Assembly (NCBI GenBank): GCA_963678485.1
Contig: OY782882.1
Coordinates: forward strand, 4,066,339-4,130,338
Direction of reading: 5' to 3'
Source of the DNA: Bacteroidales bacterium
GTDB taxonomy: Bacteria > Bacteroidota > Bacteroidia > Bacteroidales > CAIWKO01
DNA: 64,000 nucleotides
The notes under the pieces are model-generated. The model saw only the letters and a program-made list of their open reading frames with translations, had not been told where the DNA came from and did not search any database. Shown piece by piece: positions 30,977 through 41,841 of this stretch. Position numbers and translations under genes: made by a program. Numbering within the stretch: the stretch's first letter is position 1; every line of letters starts with the position of its first letter.

Positions 30977-33025
30977 ATGATAATGAATTTAGTTTTTATC
31001 GCTGCAGGAGTGGTCCTATTAATCATCCTGTTGGCATCCAGCATCGTGGTTGTTCGCGGTGATTCCATCGCAGTACTTGAACGTAAATGGTTTGGTAAAG
31101 ACATGCCACAGGGGCGTGTTATTGCTATGAAGAATGAGGTAGGTATACAGGCCCGGACTCTTGGTCCTGGTATGCATTTCCTCACACCTTTTATTTACAA
31201 AGCACGCAAGTTTCCCTTCACTATTATTCAGGAAGATGAGGTAGGTTTGGTTGAATCCATCGACGGAAATTCTATTCCAGCTGGAAAGATTTTCGCGAAG
31301 GTGGCTGAAAATCATGATTCATTTCAAGATGGCGTCGTATTTCTTGAAAATGCAGGTGAGAAAGGTCCCCAGCTTGAAATATTACCTCCCGGAACATACA
31401 GAGTCAACCCTGTTCTCTTTAAGGTAAAAAAGGTTCCCGCAACAGTCATTAATAAAGGGCAAATTGGACTTCTTACGGCCATGGATGGTGAGCCTATTCC
31501 TACTGGTCGTTTGCTTGCTCAGAATATTTTCGGGATATCTATTTTCGAAAATGGCGAATTGTTTTTGAAGAATCATGGGCAAAAAGGTCCGCAAGCACAG
31601 ATACTGCTTGCAGGAACTTATCGTATTAATACCGATTTGATTAAGATTGAAATTTATCCTGCAACCGTTGTACCGACTGGAAAGGTTGGTCTTGTTACAG
31701 CTCGCGATGGCGAACCATTACCAGAGACAGAGTATGTTGCAAAGTCGATTGAGGGGCACAATAATTTTCAGGATATAGAGGCCTTCCTTAAAAATGGCGG
31801 TCAGCGCGGACCACAGCTCGATGTGTTGAAACCCGGTACTTATTACATCAACCCATTGATGTTCCAGGTGGAAGTCGACGAGGTGGCTATTGTTGAGCGT
31901 GGACAGGTTGCAGTGGTTGTTTCGAACGTCGGTGAGGAACCTAGTCAGATCAAGGAATTAATCACTAAAGTTGCCAGCAAGGAAAATGCTCCAACAACCG
32001 AAGAGTCTAAGATTGCAGAAGAACGTCTGAATGTGGGGATTGAACGTTATGTTGTTCCCAAAGGATACCGTGGTATACAGCAAGAGGTTGCAGGCCCGGG
32101 TCTTTATTATCTGAACCGTCGTGCTTACATTGTGTACGTTATAGACACAACGAATATCACCATCGATTGGGACGATGCAAAAGAGACTAATTTTGATCCG
32201 TTGAAAGTGATTTCACGTGATGGTTTTGAAATAAGCGTTTCCGTGAAGGTCATCATTCGTGTGCGTCCGGATCAGGCACCTTATATGGTTGCGAAGATTG
32301 GATCAATTGACAATCTCATTCAGCACGTGATTCATCCTATGATTGATTCAAGTTTCAGGAATCAGGCTTCATCGACCTCTGCCATGAATTTTATGCAGGA
32401 TCGTCAGGAAGAGCAACATAAAGCTGAGGAGCGCGCTCGCATTGAACTTGAGAAGTACCATGTGGAATGTGTATCTGTATTGATTTGTCAGATTACATTA
32501 CCTCAGGATTTGATGGATACGCAGACTATCAAAATCATTGCGCAACAGCAACAGGCCATGTTTACTGAGCAACAGAAAGCTGAACAAACGCGTATTGCCA
32601 CTGAGAAAACACGTTCTGAAGCTGATCAGCAGAAGAATTTAGTGGAAGCTGAAATAGGAGTGAAGATTGCCGAGCAAAATAAACTTAAGCAAATTAAGAT
32701 TGCAGAAGGACAATCAGAAACATTCCGCCTTCAGGCTGAAGGTGAAGCTAAAGGTATTAAAGCCAAAGGTGAGGCAGAAGCATCGAAGATTCTTGCAATT
32801 GGAGAATCAACAGCAAAAGCCTATGAGCTTCAGAATAAAGCTGTCGGAATGCAGGGTGTAACTGCGATTGAAATTGCCAAGCAGATATCTCTTGGCAATA
32901 TTAAAGTAACACCTGACTTCCTTGTTCAGGGAGGCGAAAGCATCGGAGGTTTGTTGTCTGCTTTTCTTACCAAGCAGATTATGATTAATCCGGAATCTAA
33001 AATAGATTCTCCTACTGATAAATAG
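30977..33025 (+). CDS. Flotillin-like SPFH/band-7 membrane protein with three N-terminal tandem ~88-aa repeats
   Basis: There is an N-terminal TM segment. Three repeats end in KGPQ...GTY.IN. The C-terminal SPFH region is followed by a Glu/Ala-rich flotillin-type coiled coil (KAKGEAEASKILAIGE). Confidence 0.6.
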   Translation: MIMNLVFIAAGVVLLIILLASSIVVVRGDSIAVLERKWFGKDMPQGRVIAMKNEVGIQARTLGPGMHFLTPFIYKARKFPFTIIQEDEVGLVESIDGNSIPAGKIFAKVAENHDSFQDGVVFLENAGEKGPQLEILPPGTYRVNPVLFKVKKVPATVINKGQIGLLTAMDGEPIPTGRLLAQNIFGISIFENGELFLKNHGQKGPQAQILLAGTYRINTDLIKIEIYPATVVPTGKVGLVTARDGEPLPETEYVAKSIEGHNNFQDIEAFLKNGGQRGPQLDVLKPGTYYINPLMFQVEVDEVAIVERGQVAVVVSNVGEEPSQIKELITKVASKENAPTTEESKIAEERLNVGIERYVVPKGYRGIQQEVAGPGLYYLNRRAYIVYVIDTTNITIDWDDAKETNFDPLKVISRDGFEISVSVKVIIRVRPDQAPYMVAKIGSIDNLIQHVIHPMIDSSFRNQASSTSAMNFMQDRQEEQHKAEERARIELEKYHVECVSVLICQITLPQDLMDTQTIKIIAQQQQAMFTEQQKAEQTRIATEKTRSEADQQKNLVEAEIGVKIAEQNKLKQIKIAEGQSETFRLQAEGEAKGIKAKGEAEASKILAIGESTAKAYELQNKAVGMQGVTAIEIAKQISLGNIKVTPDFLVQGGESIGGLLSAFLTKQIMINPESKIDSPTDK

Positions 33026-33069
33026 TGCAGTAATATGGGACTCCTTATGGGTTGATCGTTGATCAGAGT

Positions 33070-33831
33070 TTATTCACTTCGGGTCGACAAAGTGAACCCA
33101 TAAGTGAGTTCCAATCCTATGAAACTTAAAGGATGTTTGAGAGTTCCTGAACCATAGTCGCGGTTGTTGTTATAACTATAATAACCCACACTCTCATTTC
33201 TAACGTTGTAATTAATTAATGCTGCGCATTGAATCGTATTTCCATTGGTCATTGCCTGCAAGAAACCTAGCTTTGCAAATACACCTAATAGCACTGTTTT
33301 ATTGCTGTTGAGATTTATATCGTATAACTGCAAATTAGTGGAGTCATTCAAAGAAATAGTACTACTTTCCTTTATTGACCAGGGTTTTGAGATGTCAAAG
33401 AAAACTCTGATACCACCTTCGGCGGTAAGATAATATCGCCCTTCCTTGCCAACCTCCATGACAGCCAGATCGGATATCGCCAAGGATAGCAAACTCTGTT
33501 TGCAGTAGGATTTTTTTAAGGAGATTGACTCAAATTGAGGAGATGGAGAATCCATATTTAGTTGCACTTTTACCGGAGGCATTGTATAGCCAATTGTCAA
33601 TCCTAAACCATATCCATTGCTGAAGAAATGACGAAAAGTGGCTCCAATATCAAAACTCGTTGAATATTTGGATTGTATTATATTATGATGATTGTCGGGA
33701 AAACGCAAACGGTCGTATCCGAGGCAAGCTCCGGAAATACTCAGTTGATCTTTAATGTATATTCTTTGCGCACTTGCTTCCATCATGGAGAGCATAATTA
33801 GAATTAAAAAGACGGTGCGAAATTTTCTCAT
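33070..33831 (-). CDS. Hypothetical secreted or outer-membrane protein
   Basis: There is a signal peptide (MLSMMEASAQ). The composition is beta-strand rich. Confidence 0.4.
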   Translation of the reverse strand: MRKFRTVFLILIMLSMMEASAQRIYIKDQLSISGACLGYDRLRFPDNHHNIIQSKYSTSFDIGATFRHFFSNGYGLGLTIGYTMPPVKVQLNMDSPSPQFESISLKKSYCKQSLLSLAISDLAVMEVGKEGRYYLTAEGGIRVFFDISKPWSIKESSTISLNDSTNLQLYDINLNSNKTVLLGVFAKLGFLQAMTNGNTIQCAALINYNVRNESVGYYSYNNNRDYGSGTLKHPLSFIGLELTYGFTLSTRSE

Positions 33832-33955
33832 ACTCTAATTTTTTATTGTTTGATGATCAAAAAGAATCGAACGAATTAACTTATATCCATTTTGCAAATG
33901 TACAATTTGATAGAACATTTCTCGTATTTTTGTACCCACAAACAAAATATTTGAA

Positions 33956-35695
33956 ATGAGCATAGACCCAAACATCATTGAACGTGCACAGCGCTGGATC
34001 AACAGCAGTCTTGACAAGGATATCAGAGACGAAGTTCAAAAACTGATGGATACAAACCCGGAAGAACTTACCGATGCCTTTTATCGTGATCTGGAATTTG
34101 GTACTGGTGGTCTGCGCGGTATCATGGGTGTCGGAACCAACCGTATGAACAAGGTTACTGTGGGTATGGCAACGCAGGGACTTGCGAATTATATTCAAAA
34201 AATGTTTCCTCAAGAGAAACAGTTGAAAGTTGCAATTGCCTACGATAGCAGGAATAACAGCGCATTATTCGCGCGTATTGCAGCCGAAGTGCTTTCAGCA
34301 AATGGAATATATGTTTATCTGAGTAATGAATTAAGACCGACACCTTGGTTATCGTTTGCAGTCCGCGAATTGCACTGTAATAGTGGAATTGTTATCACTG
34401 CTTCACATAATCCCAAGGAATACAATGGTTACAAGGTATATTGGAATGATGGTGGACAATTGGTTGATCCTCACGATACGAATGTTATAGCGGAAGTTCA
34501 GAAAATAAAGGACTTTTCGGATGTTAAATTTACACATCGTCCTGAGTTGATAGAGTTAATAGGAGAGAAACTGGATACCATTTATCTGGAGAAGGTTGCA
34601 TCATTAAGTTTGTCGCCGGATATTATTAAAAAACAACACAAGCTGCAGATTGTATACACTCCATTACACGGAACGGGAATTACCCTTGTCCCTAAGGCTT
34701 TGCGTATGTATGGATTTGATAATATTCAAATAGTCGAAGCGCAGAGCATAGCTGATGGGAATTTTCCTACATTAAAATCGCCCAATCCTGAGGAAGCTTC
34801 AGCGTTGCAGATGGCCATTGAAAAAGCTAAGGAATGTGGTGCTGACCTTGTAATGGCCACTGATCCGGATGCTGACCGTGTTGGTATTGCAGTAAGGAAT
34901 ACTCTTGGTGAATTCATCCTCATGAATGGTAATCAAACGGCTGCGATTCTGATTTCATATTTATTAAAATCATGGAAGGACAAAGGAAAGCTCAAGGGAA
35001 ATGAGTTTATTGTAAAGACGATTGTGACAACAGAATTGCTAAGAGCCATTGCGAAATCATATGCTGTAGAATGTCCCGATGTACTTACAGGCTTCAAATA
35101 TATTGCTGAAATAATTCGCAAGAATGAAAGTGTAAAAACCTTTATTGGTGGTGGAGAGGAAAGTTATGGGTATCTGGTAGGCGATTTTGTTCGTGATAAA
35201 GATGCAGTAATTTCTTGCTGTATTATTGCTGAAGCAGCGGCATGCGCGCGTGAGCAGGGCAAGAGCGTTTATGAGCTCCTGATGGATATTTACGCTGAGT
35301 ACGGCGTTTATTATGAAACCTTATTATCGGTGACCAAGAAAGGAAAATCCGGAGCTGAAGAAATTCAAAAGATGATGACGGAATATCGCACCAATCCACC
35401 GAAACAGATTGGTGGCTCACGTGTGATTACCGTGATGGATTACGAGAATCATCTTGAAACCAGCCATGAGTCGGGCATTACGCGCCCCATTACATTACCT
35501 AAGTCAAATGTGTTGCAGTTTATTACACTTGACGGAAGTATTGTCACTGTAAGGCCTTCCGGTACAGAACCAAAAATAAAATTCTATTTTGGAGTGAAGT
35601 CCGATTTAAAAGCAAAAACTGATTATAGTGAAGTAGAAGTCAGGTTGAAAAACAAAGTAAAAGAAATTATACGTTCTATGGGGTTGGATTCTTAA
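33956..35695 (+). CDS. Phosphoglucomutase/phosphomannomutase-family phosphohexomutase
   Basis: The active-site Ser loop TASHNPKEYNGYK is present. The Mg-binding loop DPDADR is present. Length is 579 aa. Confidence 0.85.
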   Translation: MSIDPNIIERAQRWINSSLDKDIRDEVQKLMDTNPEELTDAFYRDLEFGTGGLRGIMGVGTNRMNKVTVGMATQGLANYIQKMFPQEKQLKVAIAYDSRNNSALFARIAAEVLSANGIYVYLSNELRPTPWLSFAVRELHCNSGIVITASHNPKEYNGYKVYWNDGGQLVDPHDTNVIAEVQKIKDFSDVKFTHRPELIELIGEKLDTIYLEKVASLSLSPDIIKKQHKLQIVYTPLHGTGITLVPKALRMYGFDNIQIVEAQSIADGNFPTLKSPNPEEASALQMAIEKAKECGADLVMATDPDADRVGIAVRNTLGEFILMNGNQTAAILISYLLKSWKDKGKLKGNEFIVKTIVTTELLRAIAKSYAVECPDVLTGFKYIAEIIRKNESVKTFIGGGEESYGYLVGDFVRDKDAVISCCIIAEAAACAREQGKSVYELLMDIYAEYGVYYETLLSVTKKGKSGAEEIQKMMTEYRTNPPKQIGGSRVITVMDYENHLETSHESGITRPITLPKSNVLQFITLDGSIVTVRPSGTEPKIKFYFGVKSDLKAKTDYSEVEVRLKNKVKEIIRSMGLDS

Positions 35696-35738
35696 CAGTG
35701 ATCTAATCGTACAAAAAATACTGTAATCTGTTTACACA

Positions 35739-35771
35739 AAAAAAAAGCCCGCATTGCGGGCTTTTTTTTTG
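35739..35771. terminator. Bidirectional intrinsic terminator
   Basis: An A8 run is followed by the hairpin GCCCGC-att-GCGGGC and then a T9 run. It lies between convergent genes. Confidence 0.7.
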
Positions 35772-35781
35772 TGTAAAGAAG

Positions 35782-38064
35782 TTACTTTACCAGAATTTTT
35801 TGAACTGTGTTTATGTCATTATTAAACATCCGTACATAATAAATTCCTTTTTTTACATTTGATATGTTGATATCAAGAAGTCCATTACTAGTTATGTCAG
35901 CAACTTGATTGTAGACAATGGATCCAATGCTGTTGGCAATAATTATATTACATTTTCCTGTAACACCATTGGTTTGAATGTTGAATATTCCATCGTTTGG
36001 ATTTGGCAGAATGCTGAAATGATTTGTTTCATTGTCTTCAACTCCGGTACAAAATGAATAAGTAACGTTTGCAGAACCAGTTCCACTACAGCCATTGGCG
36101 GTAACGGTACAGTTAACTGTTGTGGTACCGAGGCCAAGCATTAAACTATCAACAATCAGTGATTGTCCTGTTCCACCACCAACTGACCAAGAATAGCTGG
36201 AATAGCCGGAACCTGCATCAAGTGTGGGTGTTAAATCAGAGCAATATGTACCACCTCCGGTTATCGTCGGTGAAGGTTTAGCATATTCTGCAATCGTAAA
36301 TGGAGCAGAGGAGGCAACGCAGCCTCTAGCGCTCGTTGTTTGAACTGTGTAGGTTCCTCCTGTAGTGATTGATAAAGGATTGGTTGTGCTTCCGCCGGGA
36401 GTCCAAATAAATGCTGAACCTGGGCTAGAAGTTAAGTTAACTGCATCACCAGTGCAAACTTGAGGACTTGAAGCATTAATTGTTGGTTTATAAGAACTGC
36501 ACACTAAATAAGGACGGACAACCATAGATACAGGATATCCATATAAGCTCAAAGTATCAAATGCAGATGTGCCAATTTTTATGAAGGTTTTGTAATCTGT
36601 AAATTGATTGTCAGTATACGCGATACCAATATTTGTTGTAGTTGTTACCTGACGAACACCGACGAAGTAAGTACCGGCAGCTAATGCCAGTGGTCCTGTT
36701 GATATTGGCAGCTTAACCCATTGGGCTCCTGCGGTGGTAATGGTATAAACATTTGAAGAAGCCACTAAAGTAGTCGGAAGGCCAGAAGCAAAATTATATA
36801 CCACCATCTGAAGCTGATTTCCTACGATTGGGCCAGTCAGATAAGTCAATACATTGGTAAGGACATCAGCGCTAGTAAGGGTGTAAGTATTTCCTAATAT
36901 AATCTCCGACCCTGTCAATCCAAGCGAACCATCGATATAACCTGTGAACATGGCATCATCCCGAGCGAACAATGAATCATCCACCATAAATGCTTCCAAA
37001 ATAGTATCGTTTGATGCGTCAGGATCTGTTTCCGTCATATCAACTAAATTAACACCAATATAAAAGCCTGTATCAGCAGGAGGTGTGTAGCTGGGAGCGA
37101 CAAGAGTTGTTAGTCCGTTTGGTGCGAGTGTAGGAACAATGTTACTTGCATTAGTTTGAATTACAGAGAAATCGCTACCGTTAATCAACATATTCGTCAT
37201 AAATACATTGGTTATGTTTGCGCCTCCATGATTTGACGCGATGGATGATTGAATCAATGGAGCAGCTGTAAATTGTTTTTTAGGTATTACAGAATATTCG
37301 TTCATATACACCCGGTCAACCAGTGCTGCATCGTATTGGGGGCGGCTATATACAAGAATATCATCAACAACCCACCAATAATCATATTGCCCTGTCCAAT
37401 GAAATCTAATTTTTACATTTGCCTGATTCGCTGCATAGGCAGAAATATTTACATCAACTGCATTGGGATTAGCAGAGGACTCATCCTGAATCAATCCGGT
37501 TTCTGCTGCGTATACTTGTGTCCAAGTACTGCCGTTATTATTACTGACTTCGAGGTGAGCAGTATTGGTTGCACCGTATTTAATAAACTGTTCATTAAAC
37601 GATACGAATACATAATTAACGCCTGTACAATTTATTGTTGGCGATGTTAGAGCGCAATTCTCTGCGGTAGAGGCAGAACCCATACTATCGCTATAAACGA
37701 TTGCATAACCATTAGAAAAGGTAGCTCCAGTGGAAGTATTTAGGACAAGCCCGTATTTAAGAGCAGTTTTCGCTCTTCTAATCCAATTCATAGTATTGGT
37801 AATAGGAGCCGCTGTCCATCCAGATGCTGCAAAAGAAGTCGAAAAATCCTGTGAAAGCAGTGTCGTGTAAGCCTTTGGCGTATTAGCCTTTTGTGGAATA
37901 AGGTGACTCTTTTGGTCAGAAGTCATGATGACTTGTTGTGGACCGGATTGTTGCAAATTAATATTCTTAGAGGAGATCTGTTTTGTTTGAGCCTCAACAG
38001 TATTACTCATTGTTGAGCACAAAACCATCGCCACCGCAAGAAATAAAAAAGAAATGTGTTTCAT
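35782..38064 (-). CDS. Large secreted protein (760 aa) with a type IX secretion C-terminal sorting domain, possibly an adhesin
   Basis: There is a signal peptide. A Thr/Ser-rich beta region is present. The C-terminal sorting domain is FSILPNPNDGIFNIQ. Confidence 0.5.
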   Translation of the reverse strand: MKHISFLFLAVAMVLCSTMSNTVEAQTKQISSKNINLQQSGPQQVIMTSDQKSHLIPQKANTPKAYTTLLSQDFSTSFAASGWTAAPITNTMNWIRRAKTALKYGLVLNTSTGATFSNGYAIVYSDSMGSASTAENCALTSPTINCTGVNYVFVSFNEQFIKYGATNTAHLEVSNNNGSTWTQVYAAETGLIQDESSANPNAVDVNISAYAANQANVKIRFHWTGQYDYWWVVDDILVYSRPQYDAALVDRVYMNEYSVIPKKQFTAAPLIQSSIASNHGGANITNVFMTNMLINGSDFSVIQTNASNIVPTLAPNGLTTLVAPSYTPPADTGFYIGVNLVDMTETDPDASNDTILEAFMVDDSLFARDDAMFTGYIDGSLGLTGSEIILGNTYTLTSADVLTNVLTYLTGPIVGNQLQMVVYNFASGLPTTLVASSNVYTITTAGAQWVKLPISTGPLALAAGTYFVGVRQVTTTTNIGIAYTDNQFTDYKTFIKIGTSAFDTLSLYGYPVSMVVRPYLVCSSYKPTINASSPQVCTGDAVNLTSSPGSAFIWTPGGSTTNPLSITTGGTYTVQTTSARGCVASSAPFTIAEYAKPSPTITGGGTYCSDLTPTLDAGSGYSSYSWSVGGGTGQSLIVDSLMLGLGTTTVNCTVTANGCSGTGSANVTYSFCTGVEDNETNHFSILPNPNDGIFNIQTNGVTGKCNIIIANSIGSIVYNQVADITSNGLLDINISNVKKGIYYVRMFNNDINTVQKILVK

Positions 38065-38280
38065 GGGATATTAGATTGGTTAATAATTTAATTTTGAGGG
38101 CAAAGATAGAAAATATTGTTAAGTGCTTGTGAAATAGTAGTGATATTTATTTGAAATAATAAGAATTCAAGCGAACTGTGTTGTTAATATTTTTTGAAGA
38201 GTTTATGCAAGAAATCTTCATTTTTATAAATAATGTATAAAAAAGTGCAGTTAACCATCTTGGACAACGCCTAATTTAGT

Positions 38281-38288
38281 AGCTTTGC
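38281..38288 (+). promoter_or_regulatory. Candidate Bacteroidota -7 box (TAGCTTTG, consensus TAnnTTTG) about 17 bp upstream of the first gene of the FHA/kinase cluster
   Basis: The motif is present and a TTG lies about 20 bp upstream. No other support. Confidence 0.25.
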
Positions 38289-38304
38289 ATAAACTTTTAT
38301 AGCG

Positions 38305-38868
38305 ATGGGTGAGTTTAAGTTATGTAGCAATGGACATTATTACGACGACGCGCTCGCGGAATGCCCCTTTTGCCCTAAAATTTCCAAAAACATACAAAAC
38401 ATGGATCTTGACAAAACTAAGATCGACGGCGGTGATAAGCCACTGGACGATAAAACACAAATCTTTGGGGGGAGCAATCAGCCCAACCTCAACAAAACGC
38501 AAATATTCAGTGGAGATAGTCCGCAAGATATGCCGTGTTTTAACGAACAGAAAAACAATGCCGGGCGAAAGCTTACGGGTTGGCTGGTTTCGTTTACCAT
38601 GGACCCCCTGGGCGTTGATTTTCGCCTTTATGAAGGCAGGAATATCATTGGTTCCGATCCCCAGTGCGACATTGTGATTCCTAACGACAGTTCCGTTTCG
38701 GGAAAGCACCTTACGATTTTATTCCGCATGGGCGTGTTTAAATTCAAGGACGAGTTCAGTACCAACGGATCTTTTGTCAATGAGGTCTTTTGTGAAGAAG
38801 GAACGCTCAACGATGGCGATATCCTGAAAATTGGCAGTACTGTTTTTAAATTCCGCACCGCGGGCTGA
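38305..38868 (+). CDS. FHA-domain protein with an N-terminal Cys-containing (zinc-ribbon-like) segment
   Basis: The C-terminal FHA has GR...SGKH...NGSFVN. A KTQIF[GS]G linker repeat is present. The N-terminal segment is CSNGHYYDDALAECPFC. Confidence 0.7.
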   Translation: MGEFKLCSNGHYYDDALAECPFCPKISKNIQNMDLDKTKIDGGDKPLDDKTQIFGGSNQPNLNKTQIFSGDSPQDMPCFNEQKNNAGRKLTGWLVSFTMDPLGVDFRLYEGRNIIGSDPQCDIVIPNDSSVSGKHLTILFRMGVFKFKDEFSTNGSFVNEVFCEEGTLNDGDILKIGSTVFKFRTAG

Positions 38869-38888
38869 TTGTAGCACATTAAATTATT

Positions 38889-40367
38889 ATGAATATGAAA
38901 AAGTTGTTCAGCTTAATCAGCATTTTGGTGCTGACAGCAGGTTTTACGGCCTTTGGCCAAACGTTCAGCATTATAAATACTGACCCATCCAACTATCCCC
39001 AAATTGTGGTAAATGTGGATGTGCAGGATAAGGAAGATGCCCTTCAGGCGGATTTCAAAGTTACCGAAGATGGCAAAGACGTGCCTTTCACTTTCAGCAA
39101 GGATGCCGGAACTCAAGGGGGTGGCGGAAAAGCCATTTGCTTTTTGATTGAAGCTTCTGGTTATACGTATGGTGCACCCATTGAAAATTTCAAAAAAGCT
39201 ATCGCTGCCGCCATTCAGGCTTGTGGCGAAAACGATAAAATTAATGTGTGCTATTTTGGGAAAGCTAATTCTGACGGGCGTTCACTGAATACCATAAGCG
39301 CAGAATTTACTTCAGATAAAAGTACCCTGGTAAGTGAACTGAAAAGCAAAGTGACCGCAGTGCGCGATACCAATCGTGTTGCTGATGTTTTCAAAAGCAT
39401 TTACGAATGCCTCGACTTCATTAATTCTAAGCAGGATCTGCCATCTAACAAGGTTCTTATTGTAATCTCTGCTGCTATTAACAACAGTAAATCTCCTATA
39501 AAAGCTGAGGATTGCATCGATCAGGCGAATAAGTTCAGTATTCCCGTTTATACAATCACCTATAAAACCAACAATCGTTACGCTGCCGATAATTTTGTCC
39601 GCATCAGCGATAAAACTGAAGGTAAAAGTCAAAGTGCAAAAACATCTGATGAGATTAGCAGCGCCATTAACGATTTTGTGAATCGTGTTGATGAAAATGC
39701 TGTGTCTCCTTCGAATTCATATACTATTGAGTTTACCACCTCACAAAACAACGATCAAAACCTTTTTGATGTAAGCTATAAAGGCGCTAAACAATCGGGC
39801 AGTTTTACAATTCCTGAAGATAAAGTATCTTTTTGGAGTAAATATATGATTTGGATTATCATCATTGCTGCCATTTTAGTTGTTGTAATTACGCTGGTTG
39901 TTTGGTTCCTCATGCAAGGCAAAAAGAAGAAATCAGGCGAGAATGATCGTTTGCGTACTATGGAAGAACGTAATATTCAACTACAGCAGCAGATTAATCA
40001 ATCGAAGGATGTTAAAACTCAGATGACACCGCAGGAGCCTCAGAAATTTGACCTGAAACGCACTCAAATCGGTGGTGGTGGTGGAACTCCTCTGTTGATG
40101 GTGAGTTCCGGCGATTTTTCCAAGAACTTTCCACTGAACAAACCACAACTCACTATTGGACGTAATAGTGGTAATGATATCGTAATTCCTGAAAAAACAG
40201 TTTCCGGAAACCACGCAACATTAATCAATGAGAATGGTAATTGGTTTTTGCTTGATAATAACAGCACGAATGGAACATTTGTCAACGGAACCAAAATCAA
40301 CAAACAACGCATTGCTCCAACTGACGTGATTAAATTGGGCGCAGCGTTTCTTAAAATTCAATTCTAA
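38889..40367 (+). CDS. Membrane protein with a signal peptide, an extracytoplasmic vWA-like domain, one TM helix, a coiled coil and a cytoplasmic C-terminal FHA domain
   Basis: The signal peptide ends ...TAFGQ. The region IEASGYT...VLIVISAAINNS...IPVYTITYK is consistent with a vWA fold. The TM helix is IWIIIIAAILVVVITLVVWFLM. The FHA domain is GRNSGNDIVIP...SGNHATL...NGTFVNG. Confidence 0.65.
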   Translation: MNMKKLFSLISILVLTAGFTAFGQTFSIINTDPSNYPQIVVNVDVQDKEDALQADFKVTEDGKDVPFTFSKDAGTQGGGGKAICFLIEASGYTYGAPIENFKKAIAAAIQACGENDKINVCYFGKANSDGRSLNTISAEFTSDKSTLVSELKSKVTAVRDTNRVADVFKSIYECLDFINSKQDLPSNKVLIVISAAINNSKSPIKAEDCIDQANKFSIPVYTITYKTNNRYAADNFVRISDKTEGKSQSAKTSDEISSAINDFVNRVDENAVSPSNSYTIEFTTSQNNDQNLFDVSYKGAKQSGSFTIPEDKVSFWSKYMIWIIIIAAILVVVITLVVWFLMQGKKKKSGENDRLRTMEERNIQLQQQINQSKDVKTQMTPQEPQKFDLKRTQIGGGGGTPLLMVSSGDFSKNFPLNKPQLTIGRNSGNDIVIPEKTVSGNHATLINENGNWFLLDNNSTNGTFVNGTKINKQRIAPTDVIKLGAAFLKIQF

Positions 40368-40413
40368 GAAATATCATATATAAGAATTGACAAACCATTA
40401 TAAATAATCTGTC

Positions 40414-41760
40414 ATGGTTGACACCCGGAAATTAAAAAACTTCGAATTTGGCAATGCCACGGATGTTGGTCGTGTGCGTGAGCAAAACGAGGATTATCTT
40501 GGCTATTTTGAATGTATCAATGGTCATGTATTCGTTGTATGCGATGGCATGGGCGGACACGTCGGCGGAGCGACTGCATCGCGATTAGCTGTTGACAGCG
40601 TGCGCGAATTCCTCGAGAATCACTATTTTGATCTGCCAACTGATGCTTTAAAAGCGGCCATTGAAAGCGCCAATGAGGCTGTTTATCTTCGTGCTGTTGA
40701 AAATCCACAGTTGTCGGGAATGGGCACCACCATTGTCATGGCTATAGTTCGTGATGATAAAGTGTGGTATGCCCACGTTGGTGATAGTCGCATTTACATG
40801 CATTCTGGTGGAAAGCTAATTAAGCTAACGCGCGATCATAGCTTTGTACAAACCCTGGTTGATCAGGGATTGCTGAAAGAAGAAGAAATGGAATCCCATC
40901 CTCGTCGCAACGAAATTCTTGCTGCGCTTGGTGTGCGTCACGACGTTGAGGTTACTTTATGTCAGAGTCCTGCAAGACCTTCCAATGGAGATATTCTTCT
41001 ATTGTGCACCGATGGACTTAACAGCATGATTAGTGATCCCATTACAGAAGCCGTGCTTAATGAGGAAATCTCGGTTCAGCATAAGGCGCTTAAGCTAATG
41101 CAGCTGGCCAATGAGGCGGGTGGTTACGATAATATTACTGTTCAGCTTGTACATTTTTATAATGTTGTCAACAAGAAATCTGATTTTATCCCAGCTTCGA
41201 AAATGCCGATGAATAATGGCACAAACAAGGAAAATGCACAGAAACCAAAACTGACAAAGAAAATGAAAAGGAACATTTTGTATGCAATCGTTGGATTGGC
41301 GCTGGTCGCTCTATGTTATTTTATTTGGGATATGTTTGGTAGTGGAGGCACTCCAGAGCCATTGGGCAGTGGGAATGCTAAAGATACTGTGATTTCTGAA
41401 CAACCGAGAGATACAGTGCAGCCGCAGACTCAGCAGGAAAATGCCGTTGCAAAGCCTGGAAAGGATACACTCTGGGTTAAGTATACCATCAAGAGTGGTG
41501 ATGTTCTGGGCAAGGTTTCTTCAAAATTTAATATTAAGATTGCTATCCTCAAGAAGAAGAATAGCTTGAAAACCGATGTTGTTCGCGTTGGTGATATTAT
41601 TCAGGTACCTGTTAAAGCTGAACATACCGTTGCTGCTGGTGAAACCATCGATGTTTTAGCTAAGAAATATAGTTCGGATAAAGATGCAATTCTTGCTGCA
41701 AACAGTGTTAAGAATGCCGCAGATCTTAAAGCAGGAATGAAAATCTACATACCTTTTTAA
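40414..41760 (+). CDS. PP2C-family Ser/Thr phosphatase with a TM helix and two extracytoplasmic LysM domains
   Basis: PP2C motifs are present: FVVCDGMGGH, YAHVGDSRIY and LLCTDGL. The TM helix is ILYAIVGLALVALCYFIW. There are two LysM repeats (YTIKSGDVLGKVS...; HTVAAGETIDVLAKKY...). Confidence 0.8.
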   Translation: MVDTRKLKNFEFGNATDVGRVREQNEDYLGYFECINGHVFVVCDGMGGHVGGATASRLAVDSVREFLENHYFDLPTDALKAAIESANEAVYLRAVENPQLSGMGTTIVMAIVRDDKVWYAHVGDSRIYMHSGGKLIKLTRDHSFVQTLVDQGLLKEEEMESHPRRNEILAALGVRHDVEVTLCQSPARPSNGDILLLCTDGLNSMISDPITEAVLNEEISVQHKALKLMQLANEAGGYDNITVQLVHFYNVVNKKSDFIPASKMPMNNGTNKENAQKPKLTKKMKRNILYAIVGLALVALCYFIWDMFGSGGTPEPLGSGNAKDTVISEQPRDTVQPQTQQENAVAKPGKDTLWVKYTIKSGDVLGKVSSKFNIKIAILKKKNSLKTDVVRVGDIIQVPVKAEHTVAAGETIDVLAKKYSSDKDAILAANSVKNAADLKAGMKIYIPF

Positions 41761-41841
41761 GAAGAGATAGTGTTATCGCGCAATAGTTCGTCGGAATGAG
41801 AAAGGCCGCACCAGTGCGCCGCGAATAAAGGTAAAGAGTTT

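Noticed and set aside
38309-38879. Overlapping ORFs 38309-38677 (+), 38320-38709 (-) and 38628-38879 (-)
   Set aside because: The frame starting at 38305 contains a clear FHA domain. The others are alternate frames with no motifs.
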